Assembly (NCBI GenBank): GCA_046563655.1
Contig: CM102287.1
Span: forward strand, 9,796,001 to 9,860,000
From: Yuukianura sp. NJ FZ-2021
Lineage: Eukaryota
Length of the DNA: 64,000 bases
Reading direction: 5' to 3'
Below, piece by piece: positions 28,389 to 42,845 of this stretch. Position numbers and translations under genes: made by a program. Position 1 is the first letter of the stretch; each line of letters begins with the position of its first letter. The notes beneath the pieces were generated by a model. That model was not told where the DNA came from and did no database searches. It saw only the letters and a list, made by a program, of their open reading frames with translations.

Positions 28389-29354
28389 TCAGTAGTAGCC
28401 GTACGTCGGACGATGCAGTTCCTTCAACATTGGAGTGTATTTTCTTCCTACGAAGTGCGGCTCGGTTGGACGCGGAGTTTGGTATACTAAAATATTTAAG
28501 TTAATTAAAACTAAAACTAAATTATGAAGGTCAATGTCACTGTGAGGTCAATTTGCTTTACCTGTCCATGGAGGACGACGATACGGAGGAAGCCTGGTAG
28601 TGGAGGTCACGTAGTCCGGCAGTGGCCAGGAATATTTTTTGGAAAAGTAGCGACATGCGACTCGGGTCGGATATTTTCGACATATTTTCGTCATATCGAA
28701 GAAATCAGAGTAATCGTATTGTCTTTGAGCAGTAACTGGAGACTGAAAACTGGAAAAAACTGCTGGCCTGGAAGGAATTTGTCTCTTCTTGGTCACAGAT
28801 TCCTGCGTCGAAGTGTCAACTCCTTCAAGACGTAGCTTATCATCTGCATTCCGGAGATGTTCGTGTATTACCGGATCCAAAACGAATTTGCGACGATTAG
28901 GCTGCTCGGGCTCCATCTTGGAAGAAATCGTCGTCGTCGACGTTTGACCGTCGACATTGACAGCCTCCTCTTCTTTTTTCATGTCAACATCAGCTGTAAG
29001 CAAATTAGTCTCTAGTGGTTGGACAGTGGTTGTAGTAGTTGTCTCAATTGACCTGAAATCTAAAAGTTGACCTTGACCTTTGGCACTTTCTGGTTCCAGT
29101 TTCGGTGGCAATGACGGTTCATCTGATTTCTGGATCTTCAAATTCCGAATTGGGTCAAACGGATACTCGGGGTGTATGAAAATCGGAATTCCAATGGGAA
29201 CTACCTTCTCGTTCTCACCGGACAGCTGATGTTGTTGACCTTTGGGCTGACCTTGGATCCAAGTACCCCCTACATGTGAAACTGGAACTGCAGTAAGTAG
29301 AAAGAAGCAAATAACTACTAAAAGTACTGCAACTGACGAAAACTGATTAACCAT
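28389..29354 (-). CDS. Orphan secreted protein, possible prohormone-like precursor
   Basis: Exons 29354-28562 and 28486-28389 (phase 1); signal peptide MVNQFSSVAVLLVVICFFLLTAVPVSHVGG; RRK, KKR and GRK sites; one Cys pair CRKYPTRVAC in the mature region. Confidence 0.7.
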
Positions 29355-29737
29355 TTTGAACAATGACAAACTTTCAGAAAACTTCGTCCAGTTTGAAACT
29401 TCACTCCTCTCTGGTCACACTGTCCCTTGGTTCTCTGGATCCTTCTTGGTCACTTTCTGGACGGAAAGTTGGACAAGGTCATTTCAAGGTCAAAGGCAAG
29501 ACAACAAACAATGTGGACACACGATAACCATGTCCAAAGATAATTGTAGTAGGACACACGTTATCCTTATGTATTTCTATTTATATTTGTGACCTGTTTG
29601 TTTTTATCTTTTCAGTCAAGTCCTGTCACTGCCTTCAATATTTTCAAAAATTTCTCATCAGTTGTGATTTTCAAAAAATGTTTTTATTTTTGAAATTTAT
29701 GAATTATGAAATTATGACGTAGATTGTCCTAATTGGT

Positions 29738-30232
29738 TCAGCGTCCCCAGCGAGGGCTGCGTCGGTCCAGTAACTTGGACATCGTCGACGGTTCACTTCC
29801 TAGAAGTCCGTGCATCATTTTCCCCAGACGGGGTTTGCCTGACCTTGACGATGGTTTGGCATTCCGACGTTCCAGTTTCGACGGTTCACCTTCCAGAAGA
29901 CCATGCATCATCTTACCAATTCGGTAAGCTTTGCGTGAAGGTGGGGCCGGTGGGGCCACGTCAGTTACCTCTTGACTTCGAAAGCTAAACTCCCCCGATT
30001 CATCTGAAAATTCTTCGTCACTTCCCGATTCATCTGAAGTATCTTCGTCACTTTCGGAAGAGCCGTCCATGTACTCCAGCACATCGGCAGCACATGCTGC
30101 CCGACCAGCGACGTAACCCTTAAGGTACTCCTCCGACATTCCGGCAAGTTTGAAGCTCGTTGCTGTTGGCAACGCAGCGGAGAGGGAGGTCAATGACCCC
30201 AGTACAAACAAAACTAGAAAATACCCGCCCAT
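29738..30232 (-). CDS. Neuropeptide-like prepropeptide with RXamide peptides
   Basis: Single exon, signal peptide, acidic spacer, then RK-AYRI-GK, RR-NAKPSSRSGKPRL-GK, RR-SPRW-GR-stop, with duplicated MMHGLL spacers. Confidence 0.75.
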   Translation of the reverse strand: MGGYFLVLFVLGSLTSLSAALPTATSFKLAGMSEEYLKGYVAGRAACAADVLEYMDGSSESDEDTSDESGSDEEFSDESGEFSFRSQEVTDVAPPAPPSRKAYRIGKMMHGLLEGEPSKLERRNAKPSSRSGKPRLGKMMHGLLGSEPSTMSKLLDRRSPRWGR

Positions 30233-30767
30233 TTCTCAAAGTTTTGCTGTGAATGACCTCTGTTGACCTTTGTGCAGAATGACCTCTGTTGACCTTTGCG
30301 TTCAATGACCTTTGAACTGTGTGCCAATTTTTGCTGCCGACTATTTGTCATTTCAAGTTTTCGCTCTCTTATAAACTAGGTTAAAGTTAATTAACTAAAA
30401 AATTAAACCATAACCGGGAAAACTTCAAAGAAAACTCTACTGACTACTAAAGTGTAACTGTTACTCGATTAGTTAATTAATTAGAAAAATTAAGGAAAAG
30501 TAATTAAGTTAGTTTCAACTTACACCGGAAGTTCGCCCACCACATATCAATTTTATTGTAAAAATCAAAAGAATAAAAATGTATCAACTAATTAATTGTA
30601 GGTATAATTTTTAATTTTTTCACAACACCGTAATTTCCCAATTAGAAAGGAGGAGACACAAGATAACATTTTTTTTGAAGTTGTGAGATAAATTTTGCAA
30701 ATTAGTGAAAAATTAGTACTCGGATGATACTTTTCGGTTTTAGATTTTTGAGTTTGAGCTGAATTTT

Positions 30768-32550
<1,783 letters not shown>

Positions 32551-32710
32551 CTTCAGTTGATGTCCAAGGGTATAAAACAAGCGATGATTAATCGATTAAT
32601 GAATTAAGCAAAGGAATGAGGAATCAGCGAGAGTTTCAAGCGTAGAGACAAAGACCTCCTTCAACGAAAGTACAGCCGAACACTGCAAGGGAGAGCAATG
32701 GCGGCACCCC

Positions 32711-32720
32711 TTTTATAAAA
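32711..32720 (-). promoter_or_regulatory. TATA box of beta-tubulin, in the head-to-head interval shared with VPS16
   Basis: TATAAAA about 28 nt upstream of an initiator-like GCAGT and about 160 nt upstream of the ATG; GCGCATGCG (NRF1/Ewg-like) near 32756-32764. Confidence 0.55.
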
Positions 32721-33228
32721 GAGTGCGGACGGGCAAGGCTAACAAAAAAGCGTCACGCATGCGCTGTAGCAAAATTTGAAACGCGGGAACTAGTTTGAAA
32801 ATTAAAATGTCAACAACGTAAACAAAAATCAGCTGACTCGCTGTCATGTCAACATCAAATAGTAATCACAAAAATTAAAATCGTAAGTAAATCAAAAACC
32901 AATTTAAGATAATCAAATTGATTAAGTAGTTAATTAATTAATTTAGCATTCATAGCAGACCAATGCCCATGACAAACAAGGCAGGGCGTATTTTGACAAG
33001 GGATCACGGATGACGAAGTGAGGAAGAGAAAGGTTTGACAATTTCCAATTCCTGAAATTGAAATTTTGTTTTGATTTTTCAGTGATTTTTCTGAAATTTT
33101 AGAACCAAGTCCTCATGGGCCTTAAATTTGTGTACAAATGATGGTTGACGATTTTTGGTAATTGACAATCATTGAAGAAAAGGGACAAAGTTAGTGTCAA
33201 AAGTGTCATCACTTGTCAAAAAATCACG

Positions 33229-36200
33229 ATGAGTATCCACGCTACAGCTGACTGGCATGAAATTAGCTTGGGTCAATTTTTTCGTAAGACTGAACTGTAC
33301 TTGATGGACTGGAAAGCTACCAATGTGGATTTGGATAACTATGCTCTCGTCGGAGCTTCCTACGGTGGACCAATTGCTATTATTCGAGACGAAAAAAAGT
33401 TTACGAGAGTCACACCTTCTATTCCGGTCAAACCCATCATTTCAATTTACAATTCTGCTGGGACACTCATTCATGGAATTAAGGTAAATGACATAAAGTC
33501 GATTGTGACGATTCTGATTAATTGAAGCTTGATCAATTTACAGTGGGACTCTGGCGTACTGGTGAAAATGGGCTGGTCATCTTCAGAAGACTTGATTTGT
33601 ATCCAGGAAGATGGGAACCTCCTTGTCTACTCCCTCTTTGGTCAACTTATGGATACCACCCACTGTCTTTCCGGTTCGGTAAGTATCTCAGTGATCTTAT
33701 TTTAATATCAATTGATTACTGCAATTAATCTCTAAATTGTGACGTTGACTGTTCTTTAGGTGCCGAAGCAAAAGGCCTACGAAGCCGAAATCTTCCAGGG
33801 AAACAAAGGCACTGGAGTCGTCTACCTCACGAATAAAGACAATTTCATTGTGATCAACGACTACAAACGAGCAGTGACGAAGACATTTCATCGCGTTCCA
33901 GGCGAGGGACCCTTCTCAGCCTGGTCAGTCATTTCTGGATCCGGCAGAGACCCCAAAGTCATAGCAGCCAGAGATTCAAGTCTATTTTTAGTCGATTTTG
34001 AACAGTGTACGGAAGTTACTCTTCAGTTTTCATCAGTAGCCGATGCTTCTGAGAGTCAACCGACAGTTACTGCCATATCGACGTCTCTCAATGGAGATAA
34101 CATAGCCATTTACACGGATACTGGAATTCTGTGGATGGGATCTTCTGACTTTAGGTTGAAATACTGCGAAATCCCTATGAGTATCAACATTCGACCGAAA
34201 CAACTTATTTGGTAATCACCCCATCGTACAACTGTATCTGTTCAGGTTTCAAAAAAAAAGTTGTAAAACATTTTTTTTCAAAATTTTGGTAGGTGTGGAA
34301 AGGAAGCTGTTTTGATAAGTTGGGACTCCGTGCCGACTTTGGTTCTAGTCGATCGCCAAGGCCTCAAGTTGACATTTCCAATGGACTCCAAATTCTACTT
34401 GGTCCCTGAAATTGATTCCGTTCGTGTCATCAGTAACAGCATGCACGAAATTATTCAGAGGGTAAGAAAATCATCAGTGAAATGTTCTTTTGCTAAAAAT
34501 TTTGGTTCAAAAGATTTCGAAATTTTGAAAATTTTTAGGTTCCAGAAGACACTCGACTGATATTTGGAATTGGATCGCTTGCTCCCGGATCCTGGCTGCT
34601 GGAAGCCTACAAGGAATTTACTCAACGTACAAGTAAAGCTGACGAGTACATTCGGTGTATTCCAGACATCGAGGAAGCCGTCGAGCAATGTATCTCTGCC
34701 GCTGGATACGAATTTTACCCACAAAATCAAAAATTACTCATGAAAGTAATTCATTCAAATTAGTTAATTACTAATTACTTAATTACTTTTCCCAATTAAC
34801 TAACTCCGTTTTTTAACTCTTAGGCAGCATATTTCGGAAAACTGTGGCTGACCAAGTACAATCCAGAACGATATCTCCACATGTCTCAAATGCTGCGTGT
34901 GATCAATGCTGTCAAGCACTACAAAGTTGCTATTCCTCTCACATTCCAACAGTAAGTGAACAATAACTTTTAATATATTATATTATTTATATTAATTATA
35001 TTATTATATTAATTTCCAGAATAGAACACATGACTATCGAGGTTTTACTGGATCGTCTACTGCTTCGACGTCAGTATGCCCTCGCATTCTCAATTACCGA
35101 AACCCTCCGACTCCCAAACGTTCACGGAAAGACGAGAATTCTGGCACATTGGGCCTGTTATAAGGTATGAATTTGACCTTTGACCTTGAATTTGACCTTT
35201 GACCTCTACTCAATATCAATAATTTCTGACTTTTTGACCAAAGGTAGCTCAAATGCACATTGAAGATGGAAAATTAGCGGCAGAAATTCATGCTAAACTG
35301 AAGTTTGATCCAGGAGCCACTTATTCTGAAATTGCAGACAAGGCAGCTGAACTTGGAAGGAAACGATTGGCCTTAAACGTAAGATTTCTTTTGAATACCA
35401 AAATTTTGAAATTTTTGGAAATTTTAAACTTTTTAGTTGTACAGTTAGCCCACTATGAAAAACGAAAAGGAGTTCAAGTCGAGTTGTTTTTGAAATTCGG
35501 TGACTCAAAGACAGCGTTGCAGAAGGCAGTTGAAAGTGAAGACTCGGATATCATCTACGACTGTTTGTTGCAAATTCGTGAAAAGATGAGTTTATCCGAT
35601 TTTCAAATGTTGGTACGCTCTTATCCCACGGCCTACAGACTCTATGTCAGCTACTGCCGAATTAGTAATCCGGAAGCAGCCAGAAGAATGTTCGAAATGG
35701 AAGATGACTTTCCCTCTCAAGCTGAACTTTTCTTGGAAGAAAGCGAAAAAGAAAAAGTAAGTTAACAAAAGTTTATTTTTAAGTTTTCCAAAAGTTTTAT
35801 GAACTTTTGTTCATTTTTTTGTGAAATTTCAGCGTCTGGAAAGTAAAATTGCCTCACTGCACAGTGCTCAACAAAAGTATCAAAAGGCAGAAGCAGCAGC
35901 GCAAGTGAAGGAGTACAGACGGGGAAAGTATGAATTCATGGCCTACGTCTGTGAAGAACGAATTAAGTTACTCAAACAACAACAAGCACTGGAACTCCAA
36001 TTTACTCAACCGTTTAGAGAGTTATCGCTCAGAGAAACGCTCAAGCGATTACTCCTCAACAAAGAAATTAAAGCAGCTGAAAAAATGAGAGTAGAATTCA
36101 AAGTTACGGATCGCACGTAAGAAAAAATGACAAAATTCCTACCATCCTAATCTCAAAATTTCAAAATTTTCTAAGTTTTAATTTCGACATTCGTTTTTTG

Positions 36201-36714
36201 AAATTCAGATTTTGGCTGATGCGGATAGCATGTTTGGGAGAAGAGAGAGACTGGATTGAGTTAGAAAAAATATCAAAGGCGAAAAAGATTCCAGGAGGAT
36301 TCGAGGTAAATTTCAAACTCACTAAGAATTTTCCAACTCACTTCGAAATTTCGATAAAAAAAATTCTAAAGTTTCATAAATTTTTAGGATTTTGTGGAAG
36401 TTTGTTTACATTTTGGAAGTGTTGAGGAAGCCCTCAAATATTTGCCTAAAGTTCGGGAAGACCTGCAGGTCAAGTACTACATAGAAGCTGGGTAAGTCGT
36501 AACTACTATAAAATTAGGTCAAAGTTAACATGTCAAGGTCAAAGGTCAAACAATTATTGATTCCTTGTGTTCCAGATCCTATGAAACGGCAGCTAACATT
36601 GCCCTAAGTCAAAAAGATGAAGAAATGCTTGGCTACATTTACCATTTGTGTGTTTCGAGTGATCGTGAAGTGGCACAAAAAGTGAAGACAATGCAAGAAA
36701 GTTTGAGCAAATAA
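33229..36714 (+). CDS. Vps16: Vacuolar protein sorting 16 (HOPS/CORVET subunit)
   Basis: Multi-exon with consistent phases; TADW...[77 protein letters not shown]; stop at 36714. Confidence 0.93.
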
Positions 36715-36773
36715 ACAGCTGTTTCTTCTAAACCCGAAAAAGTACAAATTGTTCAAAATCCTTAATCGCTATT

Positions 36774-37779
36774 TCATTTTTGAACTGTTTGATTTTTGAA
36801 GCGCTGACGCGAGCCTTTCTTTGTTGTGCGTGATGACTGGAGCGTGGAGGGCGGTGGACCTGGACGAGCGTAGTCGTGTTCCCGAAGAACAAGTCTGGGA
36901 TCAAGTTCCCACGACTCTTCTGGAACCAAACCCATGAGGAAATTGTCCAGGTTCATCAGGTACTCGGGGTCAACGTTGAGGTGGGCCAAGGGGTCAACAT
37001 CCAGTAGTTCAGCTAATACCTCCTCTTCCACCTTCACTTTGGCGTGACCTGAGAAGATGACCGAGTTCAGGTCAACTGTTCCTATGTCTTCTGTCTTGAT
37101 TCCAATGAGAGGTACCACTGGAACTGCTGGAACAGCATCGAAGGAGAACGGTACCACCGGACCAGAAACTGAAAACAAAACGGCTTAGGTATCCACGGTA
37201 TCTTCCTACATTTGTAAATTTAGGTACACAACTTTAATAAATTCTTTTCATGTTACCTGAACATATGATTGGTTTAGGTATGTGGATATCGTGGTTGTGT
37301 CCTTCGATCTCAGCAATGATACTGTCCAGCTCCTCTGTCGTGTAGTCCTTGAAGATATTGAAGAGATGACGTTCATAGGCTGCTCCAACTTCCTCTACGC
37401 TTTGAGGTTCTGGGTGCAACATTCCGCAAGTACACTCAGGCGATATATCCTTATCCTCATTGGCTGCTGAACGTGCTGCAGCTACTTGAGCTCGGTATCT
37501 CGCTCCGCGAGCTTCCTCGATACGTTTCTTGTTGGAGTTCTGTGTCGGGCGCCGTTTTGGAGTGGCCTTCTTGACCTTCGGAGGTTTCGGAGATTTCGGA
37601 GGCCGTTTCGGTCGCGGTTGTTTCGGTTTAGCTTCTTTCTTGGCGACACTCGCACGCGGACGATAGGATCTCTTCTTTGGAGGAATTCTGGGGTCAGCAG
37701 CCATCGCAGCAGCTATGACGGCTTCCTCTGCTTCACTACAGAACAAAAACGTCGCAAATAAATGTTCGAATGTCGCCAT
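36774..37779 (-). CDS. Orphan basic/acidic protein, probably nuclear, with EHDY (HCF-binding-type) motif
   Basis: Exons 37779-37257 and 37168-36774 joined in phase 1; Lys/Arg/Pro-rich NLS-like region (PPKKRS, PKRRP); VLREHDYARP near the C-terminus. Confidence 0.65.
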
Positions 37780-38970
37780 GGATGGTCGTAGATGAGACAA
37801 AATTTGAATAAGGTTGAATTGAAACTTACCGAAAGGCTTCTGCGTCACTCTTGACCGGAACTGCTCCTGGTTTCTTTCGTTGTCGACGAGGCCGTGAGTT
37901 CGGCGACATTTTGAATTTTTTCGCGGAGATGACCAAAGTTAAACGAGTTTCACAAGATTTAGTTAGTTTTATTGGATTGAAAGTTGACTACTTAGAACGA
38001 CTAATCGCTGAAATCGCTAATCGCTGTGATTGTTGACTTTTGACTTCCGAACCGATGGACGGTAAGATGACAAGTGACCAACCAATCCGTCTTTCAAATA
38101 CACAAGAACACTGTTTGGAGCAGAGAGAACAAAGAACAGGTCATTGACCTCCTGTGGGGTCATTGACCTCTGCTGACTACATTCCACCTTGCGCTACTCA
38201 ACAAGTCAACAAAGTAAAATTCCTCAGAGTCTGGAGATAAAAGAAATACAACTGCGCTGCGATGATGCTAGAGGTCGTTGACCTCCACTTTTGCTTCATG
38301 ACCTCTCGTGACCTTTCACATTTTAACTTTAAATTCGTAGTTTCACAACGAGTGTATACTAGATTAATATCAGTGTAAAAATGTAGTATATTTAATTAGT
38401 AACTTTTCAGATATTTTTTATATTATAAAAAATTTAGTTCCTTTAGGCAGTATAGGCAGCAGCGTGTTTAGGTTTCAATAAATAATTTTCAAATTGTATA
38501 AAAAAAATTCGAAATTTCAGGTACAGCTACATACAAAAGGAAAATTTCGAAACTAATTTGTACTGACAGAAATTATGGAAGGTGACACCAACTATTGACT
38601 AAAAGTTAATCTACTTCATTTTTTGTACAAACCCGCCATTCACCATAGGGCAATTAACCCATAACCCAGGAAACCAAAGGTCAAAGGTCATCCAAGGCTA
38701 ACTGTGAAATGCAGCGGTGTTAGGGATAGTAGTAAAGGGTTTCAGGTTCTGGTGCATACCTAAAGTACACAAAAACAAATTATAATATATTCAAATTATA
38801 ATTAGTATAATTAATTGTTAATTAAATCTGTTTTAAATTTTAGTTCCAGATTCAACTGTTAGCCACCACCCCTTCAACTTTCCAAATGACTAGAAGCATA
38901 GTAAGCGCAAAATCAACCTAAAACTTCAAATTTTAAAAACTAAAACTTTCAAAATTTTGAAAAAGTAAAT

Positions 38971-40460
38971 TCATCTGTAGTAATCGTAGTAATCGAAGGC
39001 ATGAAGAGGTGGTTGCATAACTAAATTCTGCCAAAACCTGTTAAAAACGTCAAAAGAATTAAGTCAAACGTCGTACTCATGCGTCAAAAGCAATGAAAAC
39101 TCTCAAGGGTCAAATGTGTAAACTTTCGAAATGTCAAATTTTGAAATTTTATATTTCAAAATTGTTAAAGTTTTCAAAAAATCAAATTTTGTTACCTCCA
39201 AGGGGACGTCATGCACATAGCCCTTGACCTTGGGCAGGGGAACTTCCGAAGGCACTCGGCAAACTGACGATCACATTCACACAAATGCGTTCCACAAATT
39301 CCTTTCCAGCCACGGTAGTCACCGACTGTTTCCAATTTTCAAAATTTCAAAAATCTAAACTTTTTTAAAAATTTGACCTTGACCTTGGTGGCTTACCACA
39401 ATGTGGACGTCCGTCAGCACAGGTCCAGTAGTATGGCACAAAGTAAGTGAGGAGTGGGGGACATTGAACTTGATTGTAACACCAGTCATGTTGTTGACAG
39501 CAACTAAAAAACAAAGGTCAAAGGTCAAGGTCATTGACCTGCAGTGTTGAGGTAAAAGGTCATTGACCCACCTGTCGATTCCATCCACGCTGAGTCCAGA
39601 TCCGAGGAATCCGCAGTAGCATCCATACCCTTTGTATGCTAATGGATTACACCCTGTAGCACACACTACCATATCGTACAAGTGAACTACGCTCCGCCGT
39701 GACCTCTGTGACCTCTCCGGGTCACTTCCATTTGTTCCCGCTTTTGAATGTTCCCGCTCCAAAGTTTTTTGAATTTCCGCCTCCAGTTGACCTTCTACCG
39801 TTTCTTGTGTGACTTCGCCTGAAAGTAAAAAAAAGTTACGACTTTTTTCAATGTTGAAAATTCAAGTGACCCGAAGGTCACACGAGGTCATTGACCTCAG
39901 AAAAATTAAGTTAAATGAAACGGTGACATTTCAAAAAAGTTTGTTTCCCGCGGCGAGACAATGGAAAGGAAAAGTGACAGGTATGTCTTCTGGTAATGTA
40001 ACAAAAATTACGCCAATTGTCACTTTGTTGAAAGTGAGCACTTCCTAGGCACAACATGATCACTAAAAAGTAACAATTAATCCGCGCATGCTCATGTCAC
40101 CCTCGCAGTTTGCCAAAAAATTGCAACTTTCTAGCAACCATTACCGAAATTCCCCAATTTTTGCACATTTTGCAAAAAAAAAATCAAAATCAAAACAGTG
40201 TTAACGCCAGTTGAAATTTCAAGCGAAAATCGTGCGGAGAATTTTGTTATATTTTTCAGATCGGCTGGATTTTTAGCAGTCTGATTGCCTATAAAAGTTT
40301 CGACTTGTTGCGAATTGTGGAAATTCGTAAACTAATCAATTTTGGCACATATTTTTTGCAAACCTTGTCCAGACGGCCCGACGACTCCCAGGAGAACAAC
40401 GAGGAACAGGCATGTGAAGAATGATGAGTCTCCGGTCACTTTTAGTTTCATTCCCACCAT
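38971..40460 (-). CDS. Secreted phospholipase A2 (group I/II/X-like fold)
   Basis: Exons 40460-40364, 39818-39572, 39503-39397, 39325-39196, 39037-38971; signal peptide, furin-type site RSRR, Ca loop YGCYCGFLG, active site CCQQHDWCY, LCECDRQFAECL. Confidence 0.92.
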
Positions 40461-42845
40461 GTCCAGATTTGGACTCCAACTTTGTTAATTAATCGATTAG
40501 TCCTAATTTTCGCACAGATTTTTGCACTAGTATTTTCCAAGATTTTTGCACATTCAGAACAGCGAGTCCAAAAAGTAGTTCAAGTTTTTGCACAAAAACG
40601 AAATTCTTTAAGTCACATCACTTCCACCGTTTGCAAATTTCAGTAAAACTGAAGCCAGGCAGCATCACCACGCTGGAAGAAGACTCGAACATAGAAGAAA
40701 ACTGGCCCATTTTTGCAAAAATTTTGCAAAAACTGTGCAAATTGTTGTTACTGCGTGATCAGTCCCAGATTGTTGCAATTTCCTAAGAAAAGAAGAAGTA
40801 AATGAGACTTGGTTGAGCAGAGGACTAAAACGGGGATCATGAAACAAATTGGATTAAGGCTCGCTTCAGCACCACATTTAGCCGAGGAGGAGGCTTTGCA
40901 AAAATTGTGCAAAATTTTTGCACGAGTCCCTTTTTGCAAATTATGTTCCCCTCCTCATGCTCTGTGTTGCTCAGTACCTATCGTTTACATAATTTGCCTT
41001 TGATTAAGTCCTCAGTGATCTGGAACGGAATGAAGAGCTTAAAAGAGAAGAAGTTTGCATTTTTGCACAAAATGGCAATAATTTTTGCAAGTTTCTAAAA
41101 ATCGAGTAATCCTCATGCTCTGTCAAGCGAGAAAGAGAGGGACAGAGACAGAGGCAGTCACTGTGTCATTCCTAACTTTAATTTCTTTGTAATGCTCCAC
41201 AGTAGGTAGCATTACAGATTAACATTTGCAAATTTCAAGGAATTTGCACATCACAAACCATCAGTCAAAGTCAATGAGTCGGAGACAATTGGCAGTAAGC
41301 CTAAATTCACAATTTCAAATGCACAACTATTAAACAATTTACTACTTTTCTGTTTTTCTCATAATAACCTAAACCTTAAGTGTTTCCAAAAAAAATAGTT
41401 TGAGAGAAAGTGAGCTTTCTCCTTAACGATTTCCAAAAATTCCACTTTTAAAATTTTCATTTCTGACTGCAAATTTCAAAATTTTGAATCAAATTCAAAT
41501 TTTTTTTTCAAATCTTCAAAGACTCAAATTTTTCTGAAATTTTGAACAATACAATTCATGACAACCTAGAAGAACCTTCCCTTTCCACCAGCAGAAATAT
41601 TTCCATTTTATAAATATTTTAAGTGGCGTACTAAATTATAAGGTCAATTTTCAAAATTTTCCAAAACATTTGGACAGTTTAAAATTTTGAAAAAAAAAAT
41701 CCGGGATATTAAAAAGAAGGGAAGCGTAATCTTAAGTGTGACTTAAATTTTGAAACAGAAAATTAAAAATGCAACTACATTACCTTGAGTTCTTGATTCA
41801 GGAAGTATTTCAGAATTTCAGAAATCTATTAAATTTTTTGAAAAACTTCCTGTTTTTTGGAACTGTTGGCTGGATATTGTTTGGAAACAGATTGTTATTG
41901 ACTTGAGATTTTTCACCTCTGTTCATCTAAATTCTAAAAATAGTTGAAGGTTGACCTTGGGTCAACTCGGAAAGATGAAAAGAAAAAGGAAAGTGTTACC
42001 TGCTCTGACCTTCACAACTATTAACAGTCCGAGGTCAACTGTGAACTTTTACAGCTACTTAAAAAATGATTGATTGATTCCTTTTTAAACATTCTAAAAA
42101 CTTTTTTGAATTTTGGGCATGTCGCTTCCGCAATTCCAAACAATGAAGACTTAAACATTCTATTCAGAGACGTAAGTGGACTAGAAAACAGCAACAACCA
42201 CAAAAAATCAAGAAAATTTAAACTGTTCAAGTTAAAAGTGACAAAAGCTAAAAAAAGAGTAAAGTTGAGCATTTCGCAAATGACTTGCTGAGTTGATTTA
42301 TGAAGTTTACGGTGAATTACACGGTGTAACACGCTAAAAGAGTAACAAATGGTGTTACGATGCTCAAACTAATTCAAACAGTGATAAAACTTCGCACTAC
42401 TCAAAATCACTTGACAAGGACTTTTCAAAAAATATTGCAAAATAATTTATGACATGAAAAAAAGGTACGCAATACAACGCCAAAAATAGAAACATCAAAA
42501 AATTTTGCTGGACTTTGACAACTAAAGTCAGAATCTCAAAACAAAATGAGAAAAGTTTGAACTTTTTGACAGAATTTTCCTGTAGCAGCACAATTTTCAA
42601 AATTTTGAATTTTATTTTTGTTAGTACATCATCAGAGAGATTTTTGGAAACAAAGTTTATTCTTGGTTTCTTTTCATTAAAATCTAAACCTTGAAGCCAA
42701 AATGTAACCTTTGAGTGCAATTAATTGTTAATCAGAAACTAATTAACCGTGTTAATTTCAAAAATTAATTAAGTTTTTCACACTTCCTTGTTTTTAACAG
42801 AGATCACTTCACTTCCTGGGATGATTTGTAAATAACGTTGAGGCT

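Noticed and set aside
40600..42750. Short ORFs between PLA2 and RYamide (similarly 43.9-46.8 kb)
   Set aside because: No coding signal or splice-consistent model; treated as regulatory or intergenic.
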